Positions 38,236 to 47,664 of a stretch of 64,000 nt of DNA are shown here, piece after piece. The stretch lies in assembly GCA_039588295.1 (NCBI GenBank), contig JBDHAB010000001.1:64001-128000 (forward strand). The letters run 5' to 3'. Below the pieces are notes generated by a model. It was not told where the DNA came from and ran no database searches. It saw only the letters and a list, made by a program, of their open reading frames with translations. Position 1 is the first letter of the stretch. Each line of letters starts with the position of its first letter. The position numbers and the translations under genes are program-made. Source of the stretch: Gemmatimonadota bacterium. GTDB lineage: Bacteria; Gemmatimonadota; Gemmatimonadetes; Gemmatimonadales; GWC2-71-9.

Positions 38236-41200
38236 ATGTACGTCGAGCTACACTGTCACTCCGCGTTCTCATTCCTCGATGGCGCCTCGTTACCGGAGCA
38301 ACTCGTGCTCGAGGCGGGGACAAAAGGCTATCCCGCAATCGCGCTCACCGATCATCATGGCCTCTATGGCTCCATGGCATTTGCCCAGGCGGCAAAACAT
38401 ATAGGCCTGCAGGCAATTACCGGCGCGGAGCTCACGCTTCTCAACGGATCCCACGTGACACTCCTCGCAGAAACACCTGAGGGATATGCGAACCTCTGCC
38501 GACTCATCACCGAGGCACACCTCGACCGGGAGGACCGGCGTGATCCGCGGCTCGACCTCGCGTCGGTAGAAGCGCACCACGACGGCCTCCTCGTCCTTTC
38601 CGGATGCCGCAATGGACTTCTTCCCAGAATATTGCGCGACGAAGGATTGACGGCCGCTCGCCGGTTCGCCGAGCGTTGCCGAGCAGTATTCGGGCAGGAT
38701 CGCTTCTTTGTCGAGCTCCAGCGTAACGCGGTACGAGGCGACCAGAGTCTCACCCGCACGCTCGCAGGCATTGCCGATGACCAAGGACTCTCCGTAGTCG
38801 CCACCGGCAACGTCCACTACCACCGCCGGGAGCGGCACCGGTTGCACGATGCGCTCGTTGCTATCCGCCATCGAACGTCCCTGGACGGCTCACATGGCGT
38901 TCGACGGCCCAACAGCGAGTTTCACCTCCGTTTGCCGCGGGAAATGGCAGTACTGTTTCGCGATCGGCCTGACGCTATTGCAAACACGAAAGTCATCGCC
39001 GAGCGGTGTGCGGCCTTCGATTTGACGAAGGATCTGGGCTACAACTTCCCCGATTTTCACGGCGCGCAGCGTCAGGCCGCCCCTCGTGCGCTCGCCGAAT
39101 TGTGTCGCGTGAAGTTGGAGGAGCTCTACCCCACAGGATCGGTCCACCGAACGGAGGCGGAGCAGCGGCTGGAAGAGGAGCTACGACTGGTCGCCCACCA
39201 TGGACTATGTGGCTTCTTCCTCGTTTACCACGATCTCTTCGAACTCGCGCGTGATGTAGCAGCCGATGTGCGTCAGGGGACGCGTCGGGCGATGGGCAAC
39301 ATGCTACCCGGTCGGGGACGTGGCTCTTCGGTCTCGTCCATCATCTGTTACTTCCTCGGCCTGTCCCACATCGATCCCGTGGCCAATCGGCTCTTCCTCG
39401 GAAGATTTCTCAATGAAACCCTGGCGTCGGTCCCCGACATCGACCTCGACTTCCCGCGCGAGATTCGCGAGGAGCTGATCCGGCGGGTCTATCGACGCTA
39501 CGGCGACGAGTATACGGGACTCGTCTGCTCATTCCCGACCTATCGACTTCGGTCGGCCGTACGCGAACTCGGCAAGGCTCTCGATCTGCCAACCGGGGAA
39601 ATCGAGCAAATCGCCCGCCTGGCATCGCACCACTCCGCCGACGCGCTGCGAGAGGAACTGCCCACACTCCCTGGTTTCGCCGATCGCGTGAATGCACCGC
39701 TTTGGCGGGATCTGTGTGATCTCGCCGAGGAAATCGCCGGTCTACCACGACATATTTCACAACACGTCGGCGGTATGATCATTTCGAGCCGCCCGCTCGT
39801 GGAGATCGTTCCTCTCGAACGCTCGGCAATGCCGGATCGCGTCGTCTGCCAGTGGGACAAGGATTCCTGCGACGATGCGCGGTTCATCAAGATCGACTTC
39901 CTAGCACTTGGTATGCTCTCGCTCGTCGAAGAGTGCGTCGAGCTCATTGCACAGAAGAATGATGGAGCAGCGCCCGATCTCAGTCGCATCGATTTCGACG
40001 ACGGGGTGGTGTACGACCAAATCTGCTCGGGCGATACCGTCGGGCTCTTCCAGATCGAAAGTCGTGCGCAGATCCAAATGATCCGTCGTACACGCCCCCG
40101 TAATCTGGAAGATCTCTCCATCGAAGTTGCCATCGTCCGGCCGGGTCCCATCGTCGGTGGTGCGGTGAATCCCTACGTCCGTCGTCGCGAAGCACAACGG
40201 CAAGCACGGGAACGAGGTCTTCCGTACGATCCACCTGTCGACCATCCGCTCCTCAAGGAACCGCTTGGCGAGACGCTGGGCGTCATCGTCTATCAGGATC
40301 AAGTGCTCCAGGTCTGCCAGGCGTTTGCCGGCTTCACGGCCGGACAAGCGGAGGCCTTGCGACGCGCCATGAGCCGGCGCCGCTCGCGCGAGCTCATGGA
40401 AGATTTTTGGGGGGAGTTTCTCGACGGCGCGCGCGCTCGCGGCGCATCAGAAGCGACTGCGCGACGCGTCTTCGAGCAAGTTGTCGCGTTTTCAGAGTTC
40501 GGGTTTCCCAAATCCCATGCAGCGGCTTTCGGGCTTCTGGCATATCAATCGGCGTGGCTTCGATACTACCACCCAGTGGAGTACTACACTGGCCTGTTCA
40601 ACAACCAGCCAATGGGCTTCTACTCATTAGATGCACTGGGACGAGACGCAGCCCGACACGAGGTCGATGTCCATCTCCCGAACATCAACAAGAGCGACGT
40701 CTATTGCGTCGTTGAGGACGGCAGCATTCGAGTTGGACTGGGATTCATCCGCGACTGCGGTTGGGACGTTGCTGAAGAAGTTGTGCGCGAGCGAGCGCGC
40801 AATGGACCATTCCGCAGTCTCGGGAACCTCGTACGGCGGGCACCCTCCAAGCTCTCGCGTGATGTCATCGAAAATCTCGTGTGGGTGGGTGGGTGTGACG
40901 ATTTCGGCCTTACCCGTCGTGAATTGCTGTGGCAAGTCGGACTGTGGTTACCACCGAAAACCCAACGCCCCGAACGGACCCGCGTACGCCGACAGCTCGA
41001 GCTACCACTCACACACCCGTACGAGGATCTGCGTTTCGATACCGTTGCGGCCGACGAGAGATTGGTCGCGGAGTACCAGGTTCTAGGATTCGCGCCGAGT
41101 GGGCATCCGTTCATGGTGTTACGTGACACCTTGCCTTCGGGTGTCGTACGCAGCGATGCACTCGATCGACTGGACCATGGTGCCGAGCTTCAGGTTGCTG

Positions 41201-41556
41201 GACTGGTCGTCGCCCGCCAACGGCCCGAAACCGCTCGTGGCTACACCTTCGTCCTCCTGGAAGATGAGGCCGGAATGATGAACGCGATCGTGCGTCCACA
41301 AGTCTATGAGCGCGATCGTCTCGCGATTCGTGGCGAGCCGTTTCTATGGATTCTCGGCACGCTGGCGAAGGACGATGGAACATTAAACATCATCGCGGAG
41401 GAGGTGCGACCCTTGACACTGACACCACGCAGTGATGGTGCACTTCCTTCCCCCTTCTCCCTTCCCGCTTCCCCCTCACACGCAACCAGTCGCTCTCCGT
41501 ACGGTTTCCTCAAGCAGCTCCGCCGCACTGCACCTGATTCCAAGAACTGGCGCTAG
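38236..41556 (+). CDS. dnaE2: Error-prone DNA polymerase DnaE2 (ImuC)
   Basis: YVELHCHSAFSFLDGAS PHP domain, GRGS, PDIDLDF, KIDFLALG, GFPKSHA, NNQPMGFY, RQRPETARG OB fold. Confidence 0.93.
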   Translation: MYVELHCHSAFSFLDGASLPEQLVLEAGTKGYPAIALTDHHGLYGSMAFAQAAKHIGLQAITGAELTLLNGSHVTLLAETPEGYANLCRLITEAHLDREDRRDPRLDLASVEAHHDGLLVLSGCRNGLLPRILRDEGLTAARRFAERCRAVFGQDRFFVELQRNAVRGDQSLTRTLAGIADDQGLSVVATGNVHYHRRERHRLHDALVAIRHRTSLDGSHGVRRPNSEFHLRLPREMAVLFRDRPDAIANTKVIAERCAAFDLTKDLGYNFPDFHGAQRQAAPRALAELCRVKLEELYPTGSVHRTEAEQRLEEELRLVAHHGLCGFFLVYHDLFELARDVAADVRQGTRRAMGNMLPGRGRGSSVSSIICYFLGLSHIDPVANRLFLGRFLNETLASVPDIDLDFPREIREELIRRVYRRYGDEYTGLVCSFPTYRLRSAVRELGKALDLPTGEIEQIARLASHHSADALREELPTLPGFADRVNAPLWRDLCDLAEEIAGLPRHISQHVGGMIISSRPLVEIVPLERSAMPDRVVCQWDKDSCDDARFIKIDFLALGMLSLVEECVELIAQKNDGAAPDLSRIDFDDGVVYDQICSGDTVGLFQIESRAQIQMIRRTRPRNLEDLSIEVAIVRPGPIVGGAVNPYVRRREAQRQARERGLPYDPPVDHPLLKEPLGETLGVIVYQDQVLQVCQAFAGFTAGQAEALRRAMSRRRSRELMEDFWGEFLDGARARGASEATARRVFEQVVAFSEFGFPKSHAAAFGLLAYQSAWLRYYHPVEYYTGLFNNQPMGFYSLDALGRDAARHEVDVHLPNINKSDVYCVVEDGSIRVGLGFIRDCGWDVAEEVVRERARNGPFRSLGNLVRRAPSKLSRDVIENLVWVGGCDDFGLTRRELLWQVGLWLPPKTQRPERTRVRRQLELPLTHPYEDLRFDTVAADERLVAEYQVLGFAPSGHPFMVLRDTLPSGVVRSDALDRLDHGAELQVAGLVVARQRPETARGYTFVLLEDEAGMMNAIVRPQVYERDRLAIRGEPFLWILGTLAKDDGTLNIIAEEVRPLTLTPRSDGALPSPFSLPASPSHATSRSPYGFLKQLRRTAPDSKNWR

Positions 41557-42182
41557 CCTCGCGGCCGAGCCACCTTCGCATGCTCACGCACATGCGCCCG
41601 TACATCGATGCCAACCTTGAGCACCACCAGCAAGAACAGCCCAAGCACCGGCGAGTTGAGCGCCATGACGAGAAACCCACCGCCGATGATGACGAGATGG
41701 AGCACCACGACTCGACTATACGGACGGTGCATCAGCTGCTGGAGCGTCACACGGCGATACTCCTGTCCGGCCACGTAGTTCGACACGAAGGAAAATCCGT
41801 GACTCGCAGCGAGGGCGAGCGCCGGAAGCACGAGCTTCAGTTGAACGAGCGCGTCGACGACGGTCACGACGGACGGAAAACCCGTTATCGGAAACTGGCC
41901 ACCACCGAACAGCATGAAGACAAATACCCCGTGTCCAGCCGTGAACAGACCGTAGTGCAGAATGAAGAACGGAATCGTGAAGATCTTGAGAATCAACCCA
42001 CCTTCGTCGTCCGGCTGCACCCATACCATTCGCAAGACGTTGAAAACGCCGACGATCACGTTTTCGAGCCAGAACAGCAGCAGGATGGGGAAGACTTCCC
42101 AGCCGAGAAGCACCACACCGCCCAGCGGGATCAGATTGGCCAGCACCAGCGCGACGGCTGACGGGGTGAGCCGCACGGACAC
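41553..42182 (-). CDS. DUF6498-like membrane protein
   Basis: ANLIPLGGV..LGW, FWLEN, FFILHYGLF, PYSRVVVLH. Confidence 0.72.
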   Translation of the reverse strand: MSVRLTPSAVALVLANLIPLGGVVLLGWEVFPILLLFWLENVIVGVFNVLRMVWVQPDDEGGLILKIFTIPFFILHYGLFTAGHGVFVFMLFGGGQFPITGFPSVVTVVDALVQLKLVLPALALAASHGFSFVSNYVAGQEYRRVTLQQLMHRPYSRVVVLHLVIIGGGFLVMALNSPVLGLFLLVVLKVGIDVRAHVREHAKVARPRG

Positions 42183-42286
42183 GTGCTACGACACCAACAG
42201 GCTGAAGCAATGCGGGCGCAGACTCACCTGGTACGTGCTCATCCGCTCGGCCTGACTGCCATTGCACCTCTCAAGGCGGGGAGAAC

Positions 42287-43483
42287 CTACGCAGGTATGG
42301 TGAGCCCCTTGGTCTGCAGGATCCGCTCGATCGCCTCTCCGATCTTATTGTTCGGCGTGGAGGCTCCTGCGGTAATCCCTATGGCGCACATCTCGGGCGT
42401 GAGCCAATCACTGCGTTCGATCTCGTCGCCCGTATCGACTGGCTTGTAGCGAATCACGCCATGCTCGACGTCGATGCACGACGAATCGGCGATATGGTAG
42501 GTCATGACCTTCTTGGAGCAGATCCTCGCCAGATTGTTCGTGTTCGAGGAGTTGTACCCACCGATTACGATCATCGCATCCAGGGGTTCCTCGATGAGGG
42601 CGAGGATCGCGTCCTGACGCTCCTGCGTCGCAGAGCAAATCGTATCGAAGGTGCGGAAGTGGTCCGCGAGAGCGTCCTGCCCGTAACGTTCCGCCAATGC
42701 CTGGCCGATCCGCATGGCGATGTCCAACGACTCAGAGGCGAGCATGGTCGTTTGGTTGGCGAGTCCCACTCGCAACAAATCACGCTCGAAATCGAATCCT
42801 TCCGACACCTTGTGCCCAAACACCTCCCGCATCGACTCCACCCCGGCCCCACCACGGACAAACCGGCACAGGAGTTCGGCCTCATTCATGTCACGGACGA
42901 TCAAGTATTTCCCATCTTCATACTTCGTGACTTGGCTCGCCGTCGCCTTCGTCTCCTCGTGAAAGTGCTTGCCGTGCACGATCGCCGTATAGCCATCTCT
43001 GGCATAGCTCTCGACACGCTTCCACACGTTGAGCACGGATCCACACGTGGTATCGACCAGTACACATCCCGTTCCGCGCAGCCGCTCAAAATCAGATACG
43101 CGTACGCCGAACGCCGGGATGAGAACGACGTCTTCGGCCCGGATAGCGCTGAAGTCGAACTGCCCTTCTGCACCTGGCCGAAGGATCGTCACATCCATGC
43201 TCTGGAGTTTCTCATTCACGTGGGGATTGTGGATGATCTCCCCCACGAGAAACAGGCGGCGGTCCGGGAATTTCGTTCGACTCTCGTACGCATACTCCAC
43301 GGCGCGGTCGACACCGTAGCAGAACCCGAATTCCTTGGCCAGCCGGAAGGTGAGCTCGCCGACCTGCATGCGGCTTCCCTGCTCACGGATGCGGTCCACC
43401 AATTGGCTGTGGTAGTCCGCCGCCAGGCTGCCCTCAATTTCCCGCTTGAGGCCAAAACCTTTTCGGAAATAGGTCTGGTCCAT
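42287..43483 (-). CDS. ispH: 4-hydroxy-3-methylbut-2-enyl diphosphate reductase
   Basis: GFCYGV, IIHN, DTTC, TICSATQERQ, SSN, AGASTP. Confidence 0.93.
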   Translation of the reverse strand: MDQTYFRKGFGLKREIEGSLAADYHSQLVDRIREQGSRMQVGELTFRLAKEFGFCYGVDRAVEYAYESRTKFPDRRLFLVGEIIHNPHVNEKLQSMDVTILRPGAEGQFDFSAIRAEDVVLIPAFGVRVSDFERLRGTGCVLVDTTCGSVLNVWKRVESYARDGYTAIVHGKHFHEETKATASQVTKYEDGKYLIVRDMNEAELLCRFVRGGAGVESMREVFGHKVSEGFDFERDLLRVGLANQTTMLASESLDIAMRIGQALAERYGQDALADHFRTFDTICSATQERQDAILALIEEPLDAMIVIGGYNSSNTNNLARICSKKVMTYHIADSSCIDVEHGVIRYKPVDTGDEIERSDWLTPEMCAIGITAGASTPNNKIGEAIERILQTKGLTIPA

Positions 43484-43506
43484 GGAGCTCGTAGTGTAGC
43501 TGGGCC

Positions 43507-44154
43507 CTAGGATTCGTCAGCGCTTGAGGTCGAATCGACGGCCTCGTACTGCTCCTTGACCGCCTGGCATTGCTCGTCGGGCAATCGCTCGATCCCAACG
43601 GCTTCGAACACGCCAGCCGTCATGGCTCGATCGTCCGAGGAAATCTCGCGAAGCGTAACGGCGTACCGCCCACTGATCCGCTCGCCGAACGCGTACACCT
43701 CCACGTCACCTTCCAACGCTTGGAACGCGTGCGCATTTGACGCTTTGAAGACCTGTACTCCCACTTGCGACGCCGGGGGCTGCGGGGGACCACTCTCCAC
43801 AATGGCCACCGGATACCGAGTCACTCGCTCCTCCGCTGGGGGAAGCTGTAGCAGGACCAGCGTCCCGATGCCAGGCTGCTCGGCAACGAGCTCCAGCATC
43901 GCCGGGTCCTCGCAGATTCCGGCGCGTGCTTCCCACGCGCCGCCAAGTTCGTACAGACCGGCTGAGCGGGCGACCAAGCGCCCCCGTTGCGGATCCGGGT
44001 ATTCCGGCATGACGAGGCTGTCGTTTGCCTGCGGTTCCACCTCCTCGACCACCGGGCGCGGAGCCTCCGAGGTCGAGCCGCTGTCTCGGTCGCTGCAACC
44101 GGTCGCGACAATCGCAATGACGGACAGCGCCGCCGCACTCACCGCTGTTCTCAC
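43507..44154 (-). CDS. Hypothetical lipoprotein
   Basis: SD AGGAG plus GTG, hydrophobic leader ending ATGC. Confidence 0.55.
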   Translation of the reverse strand: MRTAVSAAALSVIAIVATGCSDRDSGSTSEAPRPVVEEVEPQANDSLVMPEYPDPQRGRLVARSAGLYELGGAWEARAGICEDPAMLELVAEQPGIGTLVLLQLPPAEERVTRYPVAIVESGPPQPPASQVGVQVFKASNAHAFQALEGDVEVYAFGERISGRYAVTLREISSDDRAMTAGVFEAVGIERLPDEQCQAVKEQYEAVDSTSSADES

Positions 44155-44199
44155 GATGGGGCTCCTGTCTGAAGGCCGAGATGCTGCCGCCGCGGCTGG

Positions 44200-44262
44200 G
44201 ATGGCATGGTCAACATCGGACCACCGGACGTATGCATCGATCACGAACGGTTTGGGCTGCAT
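44200..44262 (-). pseudogene. Possible N-terminal remnant of a YbgC/4HBT thioesterase
   Basis: MQPKPFVIDAYVRWSDVDHA resembles the VR..D.D thioesterase start, then similarity stops. Confidence 0.35.
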
Positions 44263-44281
44263 AGCGATGCAACCTAGGTAG

Positions 44282-46474
44282 TTACCGAGGCGCGCGAAAG
44301 AGCAGGTCGAACCGGATGTCGGAGGTGGGACGAACGCCCTTTGCCACGTTGAACCGGAGCAGTCCGTTCAACAGCGAAACACCGCCGCCCACGCCAATGA
44401 GTGGATCGGACGAGAAGGTGTCACCAATGTCGAAGAACACGACTGGCGCGAGGAGCCGTGACCGCACCACGGCTACGTCCAGTTGTGCGGACCAAAACTC
44501 CCGGCCCGTGCGCGTACCGTAGGTGTAGCCTCGGACCGTCTGCGGACCGCCGAGACGGAATCGCGTCTGCGGCAGGTCATCACCGCGCGCGGCACCTGCC
44601 CGCAGCTGTAGTGCACCGCCACGTCCGGCGACAGTGAAGGGCATTTCGATGGAGGCCCAACCGCGGATGCCCGTGAACCCGTCACCCGCCAGCAACTCGG
44701 CTCCTGGCGCAACTCGCACCACTCCGATCCGGTCGTCCCGCCGGACTACGCTGCGGAAGAACCACCCTTCAGCCACCGGAGGGTTCGGCTGGAAATCCCC
44801 ATCGCCCCAGAGATCTGCGATCGCGGCACCGGTCTCAACCCGCAGGCTGTCATGCCACTCATACGCCAACTGCAGCTCGACATTGCGGAGTAGCCCGTAG
44901 TTCCACAGGTGGGAGACCGACGCACCGGAGACGAGGTGGTAGTCTGCATCGTCGTGGCCGACGAAGAGTGCGTTGAGCGAATTCCCTATTCCCTGCCCTT
45001 GGGTCCACGCCTCTGCCTCGCGCACCGTCCGGTACGCCTTGACGTCAAAGCGTCCAACGGGTCCATCACGCCTCCATGTCACCGAGCCCGTCGGCCGCAG
45101 ATCCGACAGCCCAAACCTTCCGGATAGCAGAATGCTGGTGAACTTGATGCCGGGTCGAAGTTGGTACCCCAATCCGGCTGAAAGCCCCTGGACACGATTG
45201 AAGCGCAGGATCTGAGCCGCACTCTCCCAGGCAAGCCCGAAGCGTCTTCGCCCGGTCCACTCAGGCGGTAGCTCCTCCGTGAGCTCGCTCAGCTCAGCGA
45301 AGGTCTCCCGCAGCGTCCGCTCTTCATCCGGGTCGTGCGAGGTGTCGAGCTCCGTGTCCCATTGGAACGCACCAAGGCTGTCCGCCGGCGGTACTTCGAC
45401 CTCCCACCGACCGTCGCGCCACACGCCGGCACGGTAATAGCCGTATTGCCGCTGCTGGTCCCGGTCGATGTCGTCTTCCACGCTCGAACCCGCAGCCCGC
45501 AGGCGCACCTGTGAGCGACTACGTCTGGCGTCTGACAGGCTGTCCTCCAACTCCACGGCAAAGGTGATCTGCGGAGATTCGTTGATCTCGTAGTCGCTGA
45601 AGGTGGTAACAGCCCGCGCAGGAATCGCGAGGTTCACAAACCACGGAACCTCCGCCGTGACGGCGAGAAACTGGCGGTACGGCATCCAGTACAGTCGGTC
45701 GACCAACGCATACTCCACCATGGCCTCGACCGACAGGTAGCGATTCACCTCAGCGGACTCCCTTCGTGCGTCCGCGCTGTCATCGGGTGTCGGATCATCC
45801 GGTGTGTCCCACACGAAATCACCGAGGAATACCATGCTGAAACGGACTACATCCGCGCTCTCGGCGTCGATCCACATATCGCCGGCCACGAGCGACGGCC
45901 CGTACCTCTTGGGCTCAACCCGCATCCTGTAGGCCCGCACCGTACGATTGGGGACAACGATCTGTACCGAATCGGTGATAGCGAACTGGTAGTATTCCAG
46001 CGCCTCGTCAGCCAACGGGTGGAGCGCCGCATGCTCCGGTAACCCCATGACGCGCACACTGTCACCCAGAGCCCTCGGAATGAACCACGGTCGGTCCATG
46101 ACCAGGTGCCCTCGGAACTCGCTCTCCAACTCGCCTTCGACTCCGCGACCGAAACCCTGCAGCAGTCGTACGATCGGCGCTCGGGTTCGAGCGCCGCGGA
46201 CCGAAACCTTCAGATCATTCGGAGCGTGCCAGACGATGTCGGCCACTGACTCGTGTGCGAGGAGCGTCGTGAGACGCGCAAAGCGGCTGCGACCAGCGCT
46301 TGCATCCATTCGCGTCCGAACCGTGGCACGGTAGCTCCGAACGAGGGCATCTTGACGGATATGCCGCACGCGGGCGCGGGCGTAGAGCTCCGCCGTGGCA
46401 GCGTCGCGGAACGTGGTGGTGTCAGTCTGCTGCGGGACGAGAAGGAAGAGCGACGCTAGGAGGACCTGAACCAT
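44282..46474 (-). CDS. Exported/outer-membrane protein with C-terminal beta-barrel (Omp85-like tail)
   Basis: Signal peptide, RFNRVQG, LGGPQTVRGY, amphipathic C-terminal strands. Confidence 0.6.
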   Translation of the reverse strand: MVQVLLASLFLLVPQQTDTTTFRDAATAELYARARVRHIRQDALVRSYRATVRTRMDASAGRSRFARLTTLLAHESVADIVWHAPNDLKVSVRGARTRAPIVRLLQGFGRGVEGELESEFRGHLVMDRPWFIPRALGDSVRVMGLPEHAALHPLADEALEYYQFAITDSVQIVVPNRTVRAYRMRVEPKRYGPSLVAGDMWIDAESADVVRFSMVFLGDFVWDTPDDPTPDDSADARRESAEVNRYLSVEAMVEYALVDRLYWMPYRQFLAVTAEVPWFVNLAIPARAVTTFSDYEINESPQITFAVELEDSLSDARRSRSQVRLRAAGSSVEDDIDRDQQRQYGYYRAGVWRDGRWEVEVPPADSLGAFQWDTELDTSHDPDEERTLRETFAELSELTEELPPEWTGRRRFGLAWESAAQILRFNRVQGLSAGLGYQLRPGIKFTSILLSGRFGLSDLRPTGSVTWRRDGPVGRFDVKAYRTVREAEAWTQGQGIGNSLNALFVGHDDADYHLVSGASVSHLWNYGLLRNVELQLAYEWHDSLRVETGAAIADLWGDGDFQPNPPVAEGWFFRSVVRRDDRIGVVRVAPGAELLAGDGFTGIRGWASIEMPFTVAGRGGALQLRAGAARGDDLPQTRFRLGGPQTVRGYTYGTRTGREFWSAQLDVAVVRSRLLAPVVFFDIGDTFSSDPLIGVGGGVSLLNGLLRFNVAKGVRPTSDIRFDLLFRAPR

Positions 46475-46905
46475 CGGGCACGGTTGTCTCGGTCGAGGCC
46501 ATACGCGCGAAGTCGCCGCCAAAGCGTCGTGCGTGAGATACCGAGTTTGCGCGCGCTCTCGGTGAGCTTCCAGCCGGTCGATTCGAGGGTCTCGATGATG
46601 GCGTAACGCTCCCGCTCCGCCAGCGTACGGCCGTCGCCGTTTTCCGGAGAAGGCACGCGCACCATTTCGCAGATCTTGGACCCCCCGACCCAGATCGGCG
46701 CGATTCGCCCACCGACCCGCGCGAGTTTCGGGAGGACGGCTTCCGCCGACTTGCCGTCAACACCCGCCTCCTCCATCGCGGCGTGGCCGGCAGCGTTGGC
46801 GTAGACCACCCTCCCGGAAGGGTCAAACAGCACGACCCCCTCCGAAATGGTATCGAGCACCGCCTTGGTGAACGGTGAAAGCAGAGCGTCAACTCGCTGA
46901 GCCAT
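46456..46905 (-). CDS. PAS plus Fis-type HTH regulator
   Basis: VLDTISEGVVLFDPSGRVVYANAA; ERYAIIETL...SARKLGISRTTLWRRL. Confidence 0.8.
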   Translation of the reverse strand: MAQRVDALLSPFTKAVLDTISEGVVLFDPSGRVVYANAAGHAAMEEAGVDGKSAEAVLPKLARVGGRIAPIWVGGSKICEMVRVPSPENGDGRTLAERERYAIIETLESTGWKLTESARKLGISRTTLWRRLRAYGLDRDNRARWFRSS

Positions 46906-47073
46906 GGCCTTACAGTGTTCTACGCCGCGATTCGAGTTACAGTTTCAATCCGAACCCCGCCCAGAACCGGCAGGGTCGCTACCTCCCACTGGCCAGCTGG
47001 CCGGCCCGAGGACAATGGCCCTCGCGCAGCACAGCTTGTATACTTGGCTGTCTGGACAGTCGGAGAAAGAGCA

Positions 47074-47664
47074 ATGGCTAAGAAGAGGACCGACCCCACC
47101 AGGTCACGCGAGTGGATTGCCAACGCTGCCCTCGGCCTCGTGCGCCGGCGGGGAGCGTCGGGCGTCACCGTCGGCGACGTAGCCGAGGCCGCTGGGTGCG
47201 CCAAGGGTCTCGTGCACTATCACTTCAAGACGAAGAAAGGGCTGTGGGAAGCGGTAGCGAACCAACTGGCAGACGAGCGTGAAGCAAAGTGGCAGGATGC
47301 GTTCCGTGCCCCGACCCCGCGGGACGCTATTCGCAAGAGCTGGGACTTGCTGGTCACAGAGTCAGCAGACGGGACCATGTTGGCCTGGACCTCGATGTTC
47401 GGCCCCGGTGCTATCTTGCCTGAACAGACAGTCAGCGAACGGATCACGGGGTTCTGCGCCCGGCTCGGCTCCGCAGCACAGGGCATGCTCCAGCAGCTCG
47501 GGATGCACGCCACAATTCCAGCTTCCGAGATCGGCTGGCTACTGGGCACGGTGGTTACGGGAGTCGGTTTCCAGCTGCTCGGCGGGGCCGACCAGGACGA
47601 ACTCGAGGGTGCCTACGCGGCCGCGTGGCTTGGGATCCTCTCGCTTACCGACGCGGCAGCCTAG
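47074..47664 (+). CDS. TetR/AcrR family regulator
   Basis: VTVGDVAEAAGCAKGLVHYHFKTK; TATACT and CTGTC-TG-GACAG palindrome upstream. Confidence 0.85.
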   Translation: MAKKRTDPTRSREWIANAALGLVRRRGASGVTVGDVAEAAGCAKGLVHYHFKTKKGLWEAVANQLADEREAKWQDAFRAPTPRDAIRKSWDLLVTESADGTMLAWTSMFGPGAILPEQTVSERITGFCARLGSAAQGMLQQLGMHATIPASEIGWLLGTVVTGVGFQLLGGADQDELEGAYAAAWLGILSLTDAAA

